DNA of 64,000 nucleotides, taken from NCBI GenBank assembly GCA_002633005.1, contig NMRA01000192.1, positions 533,140-597,139 of the forward strand, written 5' to 3'. Shown one piece after another: positions 12,301 through 23,947 of the stretch. The position numbers and the translations under genes are program-made. The notes below the pieces were generated by a model that was not told where the DNA came from, did not search any database, and was given only the letters and a program-made list of their open reading frames with translations. Each line of letters begins with the position of its first letter. The first letter of the stretch is position 1. Origin of the DNA: Phoronis australis. Its lineage: Eukaryota > Animalia > Phoronida.

Positions 12301-13336
12301 TGAGGCGAGTGAAGGGTTTGTTTACTCACATGAGCCGTAAAAATGATCTTTTTTCGTTGAAAAAACTCGACGTGACTTAAACTTTCAACCACACGACGCA
12401 ACTTTTGTAAAAACACGCTTGCGCAATGAAAAGTAATTCAGTTACTTTTTTGTAATAGGTTTCTTTAAGTTTAACAGTAAATTGTATTCAGCTTTCGTAG
12501 CAAACATTTAAGTTAGAATCTAATAAATAGTCTTGGAAGTAATATCAAACTTAAAAAATGTTTATAAATAATAGTCATTAATGCTTCCCTGCGCGTGTGC
12601 ACTGAATTGACCTTGAGGCAGCACATCTAGACAGTCGAGGCGCGTTTCTTGAGTTGGGGCTCATCTCCGTTTGCATGAACGTGGATATGGAATTCGCCGC
12701 CGAAGATGGGTCCGCTTAAGACCTTGTTTGCGTGTCCTTCCTTCTAGGAGTACGTACAGTTGCGACAACCGATTTGTCAGTCATAACCTTGTCACCTTCT
12801 CGGAATTCCGGCATTGTTTGGTTGGAACGCGTTTGATTGTTTTAGTGTTTTGCAGACGATAAAATGTAAGGCGTATGGATTCCTACTTTTCACTACTTTG
12901 TGATTTGCCCATGTATCAAAAAATTACGTACTCGGTGTTATTAACCTGTCGTGTCGTAACACATTCCAGGTTATGTGAGAAAAACCGTAACACAACTTCT
13001 GTGCACGTTGTTATTTTAATGCGAATTCATCAGTTTTAGAGTCGGTAAAACAGGCCGATTCCAAACACGCGTTGAAAGTGTAGAATTTACTAGCACACAT
13101 ACACTTCCGCATCGCCCAACAAATATTTAACCGCAGGCCTCAAATTGTGATTGCGCAAATATATCGGTCTGCAGAAATGACACGCTGTCTACGTAGCTGA
13201 ACGGAAAAATACTTCGTCAATTGAAGATTTTGTCGAATTTTAATTTGTTCACTTGTCACTTCACCATTGACACTTTCACCTAGTGTTGAAATCGTCAACT
13301 GTAATCATTCATTTCGCTGACTGGCTAGCACTCTGT

Positions 13337-13749
13337 GGCCGGTTGCATGAAACAATCCCAAGTAGGAACCAAATTAAAGCCCATAAGTCTTTTTGCGTAT
13401 TTGTGTCTGCTATGGACTAACAGATGCAATGTTTTTCTATCATTTCATCTTGATTGTGAGCTCCTCCATGGTTAATGACATTTTCTAATAATATAACTAA
13501 AAACTGAGCCCAGGGACTCAGCCCGTAAACTGGTGGTGTTGCGAGGAAAGATCCCTAATTACTTTCGATAATATTGACAATTCAACGTAGACTTTATTCT
13601 CGATTTGCATCAAAGTAAAAAATTAACTAAATGACGAAACTAAAACAGTACAAGAAAGGGCAATCGATGCTTTCACAAGTCCAAAAATACGCGGTAGATT
13701 TAGGGAACTTAGTTGAAACCCTATTTGGAACGGTTTCATGCAACTGAAC
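13337..13749. mobile_element. Degenerate MITE with ~50-bp TIRs (PIF/Harbinger-like termini)
   Basis: Left ggccggttgcatgaaacaatcccaagtagg versus reverse complement of right gttcagttgcatgaaaccgttccaaatagg. Confidence 0.55.
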
Positions 13750-14157
13750 ATTGGTTAATAAAAATTATAAAATGACGCCACAAGGTCAACATAAGTTGGC
13801 AGACGACTTCATTTGTACAAGTAGTTGATACAGAAAGGTAAAACAAAGTGAAATATAACCGGGTAAGACCTTCATATTTTTGTCAATAGCTATGGGGAAT
13901 TTGATTTCGCTAATACTAGCAGAGATGAAGCGCCATCGGTTGAGTTGTGAATTGGATATGTCAAAAGAATAGAAGTAAATGCACTTGTTGAGTGTATTAG
14001 TACTAGAAAAATCGAATAGTTTTGATATCATTATGGAATCCTGAACCGTATTACCGATTATCTTTCGCAAGGATTTGATTCGATCAGTTGTACTCGCCGT
14101 TTTATTTCTGCAGATGAATGTCTTCACGCTATCACAATTTCGCTGTGTGCAGGTTAA

Positions 14158-17100
14158 GAGCAGTTCCATATAAAAACCAGATGGTGGGCTATACATGTAT
14201 ATGCAAAATCACCAATTTTTTTTGAAACTTAGCACATCAGCTGGCCTTGTCAAAAGAAACCTGAGCCTGAATTTTTAAGAGTTTCCGAGTTTTCTTTTAA
14301 CCCTTTTTAAGACCACTTTGTACTTTTTCTGAAAAATAGCAAATAATAGTACTTGGAAGTAGGTGACTTTTTGTCAGCAACAGCACATCATCGCTTCACG
14401 CTATTGAAAAAATAACTATATAGCAGAAAGAACAAATAATAACATACAAGATCAACTAGTTCGGATGGATTTATTGATTTTTTATGTCCTCCCATTTTAG
14501 CCAACAAAAATATCATTTTCACAACTAAATATTAAGGCCATTTTTACGCATTTTTATCACTCTCCCAAATCTATATCGAATTTTTTGGAACATGAGTTAA
14601 CTTCCATCTGTTGCAGCTGTCTTTGTTCAGCCAAACGCAAGAATAAAGAATCTTGTCTCTTTCATACTTTGTGTTCAGTCAGTTTTTTACATAACTCACA
14701 CACTTTTCTGCCAATCTGTGACTGTCAGTTTGATTAAAGACTCTAGGAGGCGCTACTCGATTGTGCAATTATCTATAGACCAAGATGCCAAATAGAACAA
14801 ATATCATTCGTTTTGCTGCATCAGTGACGAAGGAGATCATGGGAAGCTGTATGAGAGATTTTTTCTTCGCGGGTTTTCAGTTTTGCTGGTGCAAAAATAA
14901 AAATTTGTTATAGGATTACAGAAACCAAAAAGTGAAGTTTAATGTACTTGTGAGTTAATAATACAAATCCATCACCATCTCATACTTCAGAGAAGCAGGT
15001 TTTATTCTTATTAAGGGTCCCCATTACCCATTGCTTGGTCAGTTTTCAAACAGCGTCATTGACTAAGAATCCCACGCACTGCCTGCAGTGCATGCTGGTC
15101 CATTTTCAGACCTTCTGAACCAATCCCTGTATATGCACTTGAAAAAGTCCTCTCAAACTATTAGCTAAGTTCACACTCAAACTAATCAGGATCTTCGAGA
15201 TCACAAGTGAAAAGAGGACGGTGGATACGAGCAGAAGTGTCGTGTTATTGGACATGCAAAGTGTCACGCAATGCTTCTTTTACTACACAAAAGCTGCCAA
15301 GCATGGTGGCAGTGAGCCGATGGAATTTGCAATTTTAGAAAAATAACAGTTACGGATATTTACGATTGAAAACATAATACTTTCAGTGATATCCAAGATA
15401 CCGGCTTTCCAAACCAGTATTAAAGTAATTGGGTTTTGTTGCGACTTACCAGCTAAAAGTTTCACAATATGTAAATTCCGTTCAAGCGGCGGACTCAAAA
15501 CCACAGTTTCTTGAAGGTATGCTAGGTTTAGTGTATGATGCATTTCTACACAACACTTCAAAAACTGCATTTTGTTTGAAGAAAACACGAGCTACTGAAA
15601 CACAAAGTCCTTTTATTTTGCTCAGTACACATGTCTAAGATAGACGTTTCTCAAAACTAGATAATCACTCCTATAAAAATCTCAGTAGTTTCAATAGAAT
15701 CAATCATGTAAAAAGTATGCTTTACGAGTCTCAAACTGAACATCAAACAAAAAACGCTTGTAAAAAGTGACAGAAGATTTCAATGTTGACCTTCAGTGGC
15801 TTGGATTATTTTCTCCAAACGGCCACCACTCAGATCTCTCCCCCATGGAAGCCCCGAATTTGCGTCATCTTCCATGTTTCCCAATTTCGCCCAGGGTGGA
15901 CCCCAGTCCTCTCACTACGATAATGATGACCACAACAATATCATAAGAATAGACGACAACTAAAACATGTTTATAATTCCCTACAATTTATGATGATAAC
16001 TCATTCATGACTTCAAGCTCCAAGTCCTTCTTTGAGGCAAACTCGTGGGCAGCAGCAGCATCAGCACCTTTAATATTCTGAATATTTCGGATTCGAGACG
16101 CGGCAAACAAAGGAAGAAAAATCCAGCAATCTGCTGCTCCGACAGCCACTCTTCAGAGGAGAAAACTTTTCCTTGCTTATTCTTGGCTTCTCGCATCATC
16201 TTTGCAACCTCAGCTGGCTGTTGTTTTCTGCCTGACTGTTCACCTTCAGGATATATATCACTGGGTTAAGTCTTTACCTTCTCAGAGAAGCGACTAATAC
16301 TTTTCAGGGACCAATCCTGCGGCAACTTGATCAGCAACGTAAACGGCAGACAACTCAGGTGATGATGCAGCTGTGGTAGTAGATAACATATCAGATTGTC
16401 TTGAAATGTGGTCGAACTGAGTCTCGTTCTGGAGGGATGATGAATGAGCACCAACATCCAAGTGCTCATTTAGCTCAGCATCTGTAGGAAAATATTTCGA
16501 GCACCCATAGTGTGTGCATGTGAACTTCGTATGACGGGATACCCTTGGAGTTGTAAAACACTCGAGTGTTGCAAGGTCAAGACTTTTCAGAGGCATCAGT
16601 TTACATGATTTGTTGATGACAAGTTTTCCCTCCCCTACTCTATACATGTAGGCATTCCATGCTCGAATGCCATCGGCGGAATACTCAAAGTTTGTCAGCA
16701 AACTTATCCCTGGGATACTGCGCTTGCGAAGGACCTTTGGGGCATTCACACTACAGGCCGACACATAACAGCCTTTGACACCTCCTCTAGCCTCTAGCGC
16801 ATGTTTCATGTCAACTGCATTTTGTTGCCTTCATTGACGAAGTACTTGGCATGGGACTTCAAGGGTGTGATTTTCCTGTCACAGATGTTTTTCCCTTTTG
16901 ACTTTCAATGAAGTCGTAGCGAAAAATGGAGATGCCGGTGTTACCAGATATGTAGAACAAATGAATCAGAAGGGCGGCTGAATGGTAACAATTGGCATTG
17001 TCGGAGTTTCCGTTATTTGTGGATCCCTAGGTTTCACCTGACTTAGCACATCTACATGTAGCGTGAAACAGCAAACAGTGAAAAAGTCTTGCTTGCAGGC

Positions 17101-18857
17101 ATCTAGAGTATGGATGTAAGTATGTACCTGAAATACAACAATTATGTAACTCAAATAGGTCAGCTAGTTTAAAGAACTACCTTATTACATCTTATTAACA
17201 CCTAAACTGCAATCACGCCACTCAACTTCAAACATGGTTCGTCTCAACACGTTATTATATCAGTAGCTCCTTCAAAACATTTCTAGGGAGGGGGAAATTT
17301 CTCCTTCACAAAGATATGAAAATCAACCATACGTACAAAATGGTTTCAGTTAAAATGAAGGTTTGTGTGCAAAATCTAATAAGAGACAAAGAATGCATCA
17401 CTGTCAAGCTTTTGTTGGGAAATGGCAAGAAAAACACTAGATATTAAGTGCACACTCCCTGTATCGTGTACTGTTACAGTAAGTCAATATACTAAAAAGA
17501 GGTAAAGGCAACAACATTGTTCATCACTGTCTTTCTGTTTAATATTGAGCACATCTGAGAATTACTTTGCAAAACCTTGAATACTAATTGAGGATTTATT
17601 TTTACCTGGTGGCTTTCACCTTTCTTTGTGTGCCATGAGATCCTTTTTTCCAAACCAGTCGGACTGTGCTTTACGGAAACTGATGGGTATCAACTTTATT
17701 GCAAAATCCATTACAACCAAAAGTGGCAAAACTTGGTGTGGGGTGAGAGATGACATCAGATCCTGTTTTGCTTGTTCCTGGTTTATCCCTCTGAAAATAT
17801 GCTGTGTGTTCTGGATAACAGCACGTCAAGTTTTGACTAAAGCCAAGTCCAAACTCATGTCGATGTGTAAAATATATCACGGCACATTTCCATTGGTTTG
17901 CCAGCCAGTCCAACCTCCTATCTCCAGCTCTGGCAAGAATCAGCTGTAATTTCGATATATTTTCAAACTTCTGTGGCACTTTGCACGACTTCAGATGACT
18001 TCTGACGTCTTTAACACAGCTAATGAAGGCCACATTTCCTCCGCGATTACACTTTTGTTACGAAATTTTACCAAATGTACAAGAAGGAAATTCCTCCATA
18101 TTCTTTGCAGTGACAGGAAGTGCATTTAATCTTGAACCCTAAAGTGTTATTGGTAAAGTTAAACAAAGCATGGAGTGTTTTAGAAAATTGGGGTCTCAAA
18201 AGTGAAATTTAAATTTTTGTGATATTGCATTGTTGATATTAGATCATATATTTTAGGTGATATCTCTAAACTAAAAGAGTAGCCTCAATTCTCTTGTCAG
18301 TCAGATTAAGGCCACATCACAAAAATGCCCAAATTCGAGGGCCACGTTTAGCACTAAATATATAAGAGACAAGTTTTTTTAAAACCAATTATCAAAGTTC
18401 AATCTTAGAAGTGTCTACACAGAGAATTTCAACTTCAAATATATTCCGATATAGCAGGCAGGTTAAGCAACATCTTGCCACTAGTGACTGGCCTGAAAAG
18501 GGGTCTCGAAGTTTTCTCCCCTGCTGGAAATTTAATTGTACCTATGAGTTGCAAATTTCCTTTTCTTACTAACTTTACACGAGTCTTTATGACCATCAAT
18601 GTCAAACTGTGTCACCAGTTTTCCAAGTCTGATTTTTTGCCGTTCAAAAAATGCAGTTTTACTGACATGAAAAATGCAAAATATGCCTTTATAGCCAAAT
18701 AGGTCATATCTCGGTAACCAAAGGTCATTGAGTGCAAATATTGCAGCAGTGAACTTTGGGCCAGCATCCCAACACATGTACAAAGTATTAGCTCTGTATG
18801 AATTTTTGAGTATATAGTGATTTTTCATTTTCATATGGTTTTTATATGGAATCATTC
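14158..18857 (-). mobile_element. Sola3-like DDE DNA transposon, decayed and probably internally deleted
   Basis: TTAA at 14154-14157 and 18858-18861; 26-bp TIRs gagcagttccatataaaaaccagatg / rc gaatgattccatataaaaaccatatg (21/26). Frameshifted minus-strand transposase fragments: SDNANCYH...RYDFIESQKGK.ICDR, DMKHALE.RGGVKG, IPGIS...NFEY...IRAW.AY..GEGK, C2H2-like CTHYGC..HLDVGAH, GEQSGRK..PAEVAKMMR..F..EEWLSEQQIAGFF. TTAA TSD with a 5'-GAG end matches Sola3. Confidence 0.75.
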
Positions 18858-21335
18858 TTAATACTTGATGTGCAAATCCACTGTTAGCCAACACTTAAAC
18901 TTCATCGGAGCGCTATTCTCCATTTGGTGAAATACAATGTAGACATAAACCAAAAGAATCGGAGGAAAATTCTTGTGTGTTAGTACTAACCAAATCAACT
19001 AAGTCTTGACACGTTTAGAAAACTGAAAACGACCTTACCGGTTATATTTCACCTCTGTTTGCCTTCCTCTAACTACAACGAATCAAATCGTCTGCCATCT
19101 TCTACCCTTAGTTTTTTACCTATTGACGTCATGCAGTGACCCCAGCGAATGCTTTAGTCCAAGAGTTCACCGGTAGGTTAAAAAAGCAAATGGCGGAGTG
19201 CCTAGCGAAAAGTAAAAGGGTCGTATCTTCGAGTGAATAAATTCTTTCGAGAGGCTTGATTTCTATTCAGTAATATTCGCTGTACTGTATTATTTCCTAA
19301 ATTAAGTGTGTTCACGCGATCTCAGTTTCGACGCGTGTGGGTTAGTGTTTGACGTGCAATTCGAGTGTAATGTGTATGGCACTTGTATACTTTCACTGCA
19401 CGGATTTCCGACCCTTTTACTAATTACGTGTTGATTACATGTAGTTACCGACTACTCCAGTGTGATATGTAGAGTATGACAGTTATGACACCAAATTTCA
19501 CGCTTTCACTGTACGGACTTCCAACCCTTGATTTGCTAACTACTTACGATCACACTGGAGATTTCTTCTGATGTGTTTCCATTTCTAGGAAAAGTTTCGG
19601 TGGATTTTCAGCTCTATTTGAGCGATATTAGTTAATACGTTTAATAGCGTTCGATAAACTGGTACTGTAACTCTCTGTAAAGTCTAAATAAATTCAATCT
19701 AAGCTTAGATCACATAGTCTATGGTCTGACTGAGGTTGTCAGAAAATGGAAAACTTTAGTGTTAACTTCTTACGCAACAAATGTTTGACACATTTCATGG
19801 TAACATGCCATAACCACATACATGTACAGCTGTAGAGTGCATTTGATGCTGAATAAGCAATGATTTGAGTAGCATTGATTTATGGATTACAGTAGTAACT
19901 TAGCTGGCTGTATACATGTATGAAGTAGGCCTGCGATAAAATTACCTGATTAATGATTCGAATAAAATGTTACTGTATTCTCTTCAAAGCGTTCAGTCGT
20001 GAAACAATGCATTGCGTGTCGCAAAGTTGAGACGCGTTTGACGACTGATACTAATTACAGCCCCACCATGAGGGAAACAATACGGAAAATTCAGGAAAAA
20101 TATTCGGCATTTGAAAGAGATCCTACGACTCCTCTATGGTGCGCCGCCCATATATTTTACTGCCGTGATATCAAATATGCCTGTTAAATATTTGCGGAAA
20201 TGTAAGCAAAAATCTGGAATTTGAGAGTTCATGTGACATTGAAAATGCTGGTAGGCTTCTATAAATCAAACAAAAATTATTACGAATGTTAAGTACATGC
20301 TAACTGGCATGACCGCATTTGAATGTTAACTTTGAGTTGTGGATCTATTTGTTGGTAATAATTGCTGAGATATCATCTTTTCAAGTTTGCTTTTTTGTTA
20401 AAAGTTCAAAGGTATTTAAACTGCAGTCAACTGGTTAGCATAGGGGCAAGACAAATATCCACTAAGAACATGACGACATGTGGCTTAAATCAAAAGAATT
20501 CATTACTATATCAATGGGATATGGATGTTCCTAAATATATTACACATTTACAAAAACGCCATCGTGTCACGTACCAAAAAGGTTGAACATGTGTCGCGTC
20601 TGTTGGAATCAACAAAAAATGGACATCCACTTTGCTTTAGACAATTTGATGACGTGCGCGTTTATTTTTAAAGAGACTGTTACAACGTATGATTAAGACC
20701 GTCTATAAAACTACTCTCAACTAGTTCGTAACTCAAATGAGGAATGTTTTTGGTTTGGAAAATGGCAGATCGTCATTGCCTGAAGCAAAGCTCGGAGTAA
20801 AAAAATACGAGCCGCGGCTTATCAATCTTGTGATTGCTGTACTCCAGCATTGACGACCTGTGGGTTCGTTCCAAGCCTAGATATCACGTCTAATTTGACC
20901 AAGGAACAATTTGAGATCAATTTCATTTCCTCAGGTCCTCTAAATATTTTTTGTAACGAAAGTTGCGTTTATAGCCGCTTTGCTGTAAAGGTGCTGCCGC
21001 ATTGTTTGTGTACTGGTCATTGTATTGTGGAGAAACGTTACCTTTCAATGACAGAGAGCCTGGCATCAGTTTCAGGAAAGAGACTTAAGACAATAGACAC
21101 AACTTTTAGTCTTACGCTCCCACATCACAAATTGTGCTCATAGCACCGTGAAATAATTTAGAGAAATGATCTACCGGTAAGTGACCAAATCTTATATGTT
21201 TGATTTCAGAGACTTTCGCCCAAATGAGGCAGTATTCTCTATTTCAGAAATTGCAATGTACATGTACATGTATGGCTTAAAACCAAGTTCTTGAACTAGG
21301 TACCAGAATAATTGTACACATGGGCGGCACTGCCA

Positions 21336-22231
21336 GTGTACGGTTGGATATCTTTACAATGTTCGCGCACTTGAATTCTTCAGGAATAATTTCCGTAAAC
21401 TGAATTTGGGGAGTTAAAGATCTCAGTGTTTTGCGGTTTTCTTTTAATTAATGTTTTATTACAAAATCTTCAGAACACAATGAATATACATAACCCAGAA
21501 AGCGCCAAGAGGCATTAGATCTGGGTTAAAAATACAAAGAAGCCTATATACAATTATTATACACCAATACATAAATTAAAAAATAATGTTAAGATTACAA
21601 TGATATATAATTGCGAATGTAAATAATATATTTTCATACACAAGTATACAATTCTATCGACTCAAACAAAGAGATTTAATGTTATCAAGAAATTCTGATA
21701 CTATTTCAAATAAAACCTTATTTTCATTTGGGTTGAGTTCTTGACATCCATATAGAAACATTAAATTTTGTTGTACAATTGCGGAATTTCAGAATATTTT
21801 TGTAGACATTGGGGTATTAGTGTCTGGAAAAGCTGTACCCTCTGCTCCTTGCATACGTCACAAGCAAAGAAAACATGAGGATATGTCTGGGTGTCTCCAC
21901 AGGAACACAGAGGCGAAATATTATTAAAAATTTCTGGTTGTTTAGGAATAGACCGCATCTTGATCTGTATAGGGTTATTTCATGGTTGCGAAGAAGTTGA
22001 AATGATGTCAATGAGACTGGCAAGTCTTGAGAAGTAGTATGCATTTTAAAGTTATTTTTGAGAGTGATGATTGAAGTGCTTTCTTTTATTTTGGGTGGTA
22101 AGGAATTCCAGTTAACATCGTTGATCTGTCGGTGTACGGTTGGATATCTTTACAATGTTTGCGCACTTGAATTCTTCAGGAATAATTTCCACAAACTGAA
22201 TTTGGGGAGTTAAAGATCTCAGTGTTTTGCG
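21336..22231 (+). repeat. 100-bp direct repeat pair (21336-21435 and 22132-22231) flanking the LINE fragment
   Basis: gtgtacggttggatatctttacaatgtt(c/t)gcgcacttgaattcttcaggaataatttcc(gt/ac)aaactgaatttggggagttaaagatctcagtgttttgcg; 3 mismatches. Confidence 0.95.
21436..22131 (-). mobile_element. 3' fragment of a LINE (ORF2 C-terminus with CCHC knuckle, 3'UTR, A-rich tail)
   Basis: WNSLPPKIKESTSIITLKNNFK...HEITLYRSRCG...[fs]SPLCSCGDTQTYPHVFFAC...LYGCQELNPNENKVLFEIVSEFL. AATAAA plus an A-rich tail lies at ~21436-21460 on the minus strand. Confidence 0.85.
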
Positions 22232-23742
22232 TTCAAACTATAATTTCGGAAAAATGCGGAAAAAATACTCTGACTACGTTTATGAACAGGCCTAAAGGGG
22301 GCAACACTGTGTTGCCCCAAAAATTTCTTTTTATCAAAATGATACTGTTGCATGACGTTTGACTCTTACACTCTTCAAGTCTTGAAGATGTCTTTGTGTT
22401 ACTCGCCAACATGTGAACTGTGCAGCGCCTGTAGTGGAAACAACGAGAGGATGGGCATCCAGTCATTTGCTTTAAAATTTTAATCACGTATATGTTTTGA
22501 TAGTAAGAAGACAATGGATGATGATTAGTTTAAACGTAGAAACTTGTTCCACAGAACATGGACCATCAACTCTGTATAGTCTCAATTCACAACACCGGTG
22601 ATCTTGCGCACAAGCCGGAAACCGCACTATTCACTTACGGCGTCTGGTACTTCCGGCAAGTACGTCGTATCCTCTCTTACCTGAGTTGTGCAGTTGAAGA
22701 GAATGGCGCCTCCAATGAGATAAATATAAATATAAATAGAATTGACATCACGTGGTTTTCGTTGAGCGGAGTGGTCCGCCATCTTGCTGATGAACCATTT
22801 TAATCGAGATGCGTGTGTACTGTGTAGTATCTAGGAACTAATATTGGTAACAACACGAGATTTCAAGTAAAAACTCATAGCTTTATTGTTAAGATCATCA
22901 GGTGCAAACTAGGATTTTTAGGAAATCATCCAAGAAAAACATTGGATACTTGAGCACAGAATTAAAGAGTCTTAACACTTATCTTTAGTTATAGCAGAAA
23001 ACATCAAAAATAGAGTTTGACTTCTGGTATTAAACCCGGAATCGTTGATAAATTTTTGGTCTTTCGAGGATTAAAATTGAAACTGAAATAGAATGATTTT
23101 GTGGGTGAGAATCCAATCACATAAATATTATTATTCAACTTAATTTGGTCCCTAGAACACCCATTAAAGCTGATTTTCGTGGTCTTTTACCTGACTTTCC
23201 TTCTTAATCCGATGTGGGTTTAGTGACCTTATGTTCTCTTCAACATATCTGTTGTTTTCTAGCAACGAAGAAGCACAAAAAGTGTGACTATAAGATTAAT
23301 AGTTTGGCATTTTTACAGACTGAGCAACAGTTCGAAGATTTATTAACTATAGCCAGGTTATTGGGAACAGGACAGGATCGAAGGAAGGGATACGGCACCC
23401 CAAAATGTTATATTGGGACGGTAAATGGGTTGTTTCTGTAGATTTCAAGAGATGGGACAAATTTTATGTAGCCTGATAAGGTATTAAATTTTGCAAGTGT
23501 CTTACTTGAGGAAAATCATCATTTTTATATTCTGTCCTGTTTATGGTCTTCTTGTATTTACAGCGAATCGATGCCTAGGCATGTAGGACAGAGCAGATAG
23601 AGTTTACGACCATTGAGTTTTGTCATATTTACTTTGCAGCAGGGTGTTGTCAATGTAACATAATTTTGTGCCAGCAAATGTCAGATCCAAGTGAATTGAG
23701 AGATTAAAGAAGAGTTGGTTGAAATCTGACATTTGCTGAAGT

Positions 23743-23947
23743 GAAGTGCATGTACCAGTACGGTACAGTAACTTTGAAGTGCATGTACACTGTACCAGTA
23801 CGGTACAGTAACTTTGAAGTGCATGTACCAGTACGGTACAGTAACTTTGAAGTGCATGTACCAGTACGGTACAGTAACTTTGAAGTGCATGTACCAGTAC
23901 GGTACAGTAACTTTGAAGTTCACGTACCAGCACGGTACAGTAACTTT
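23743..23947. repeat. 33-bp minisatellite, ~6 copies
   Basis: Unit gaagtgcatgtaccagtacggtacagtaacttt; one copy has a 7-bp insertion and the last copy has substitutions. Confidence 0.95.

Noticed and set aside
18900-21300. Short ORFs and a ~40-bp direct repeat (19390/19503) suggesting another element
   Set aside because: No recognisable domain or termini, so I cannot support a call.
23743-23947. 33-bp repeat as a CRISPR array or repeat protein
   Set aside because: Units are contiguous with no spacers, there are no cas genes, and the context is eukaryotic; the ORFs are by-products of a 33-nt period.
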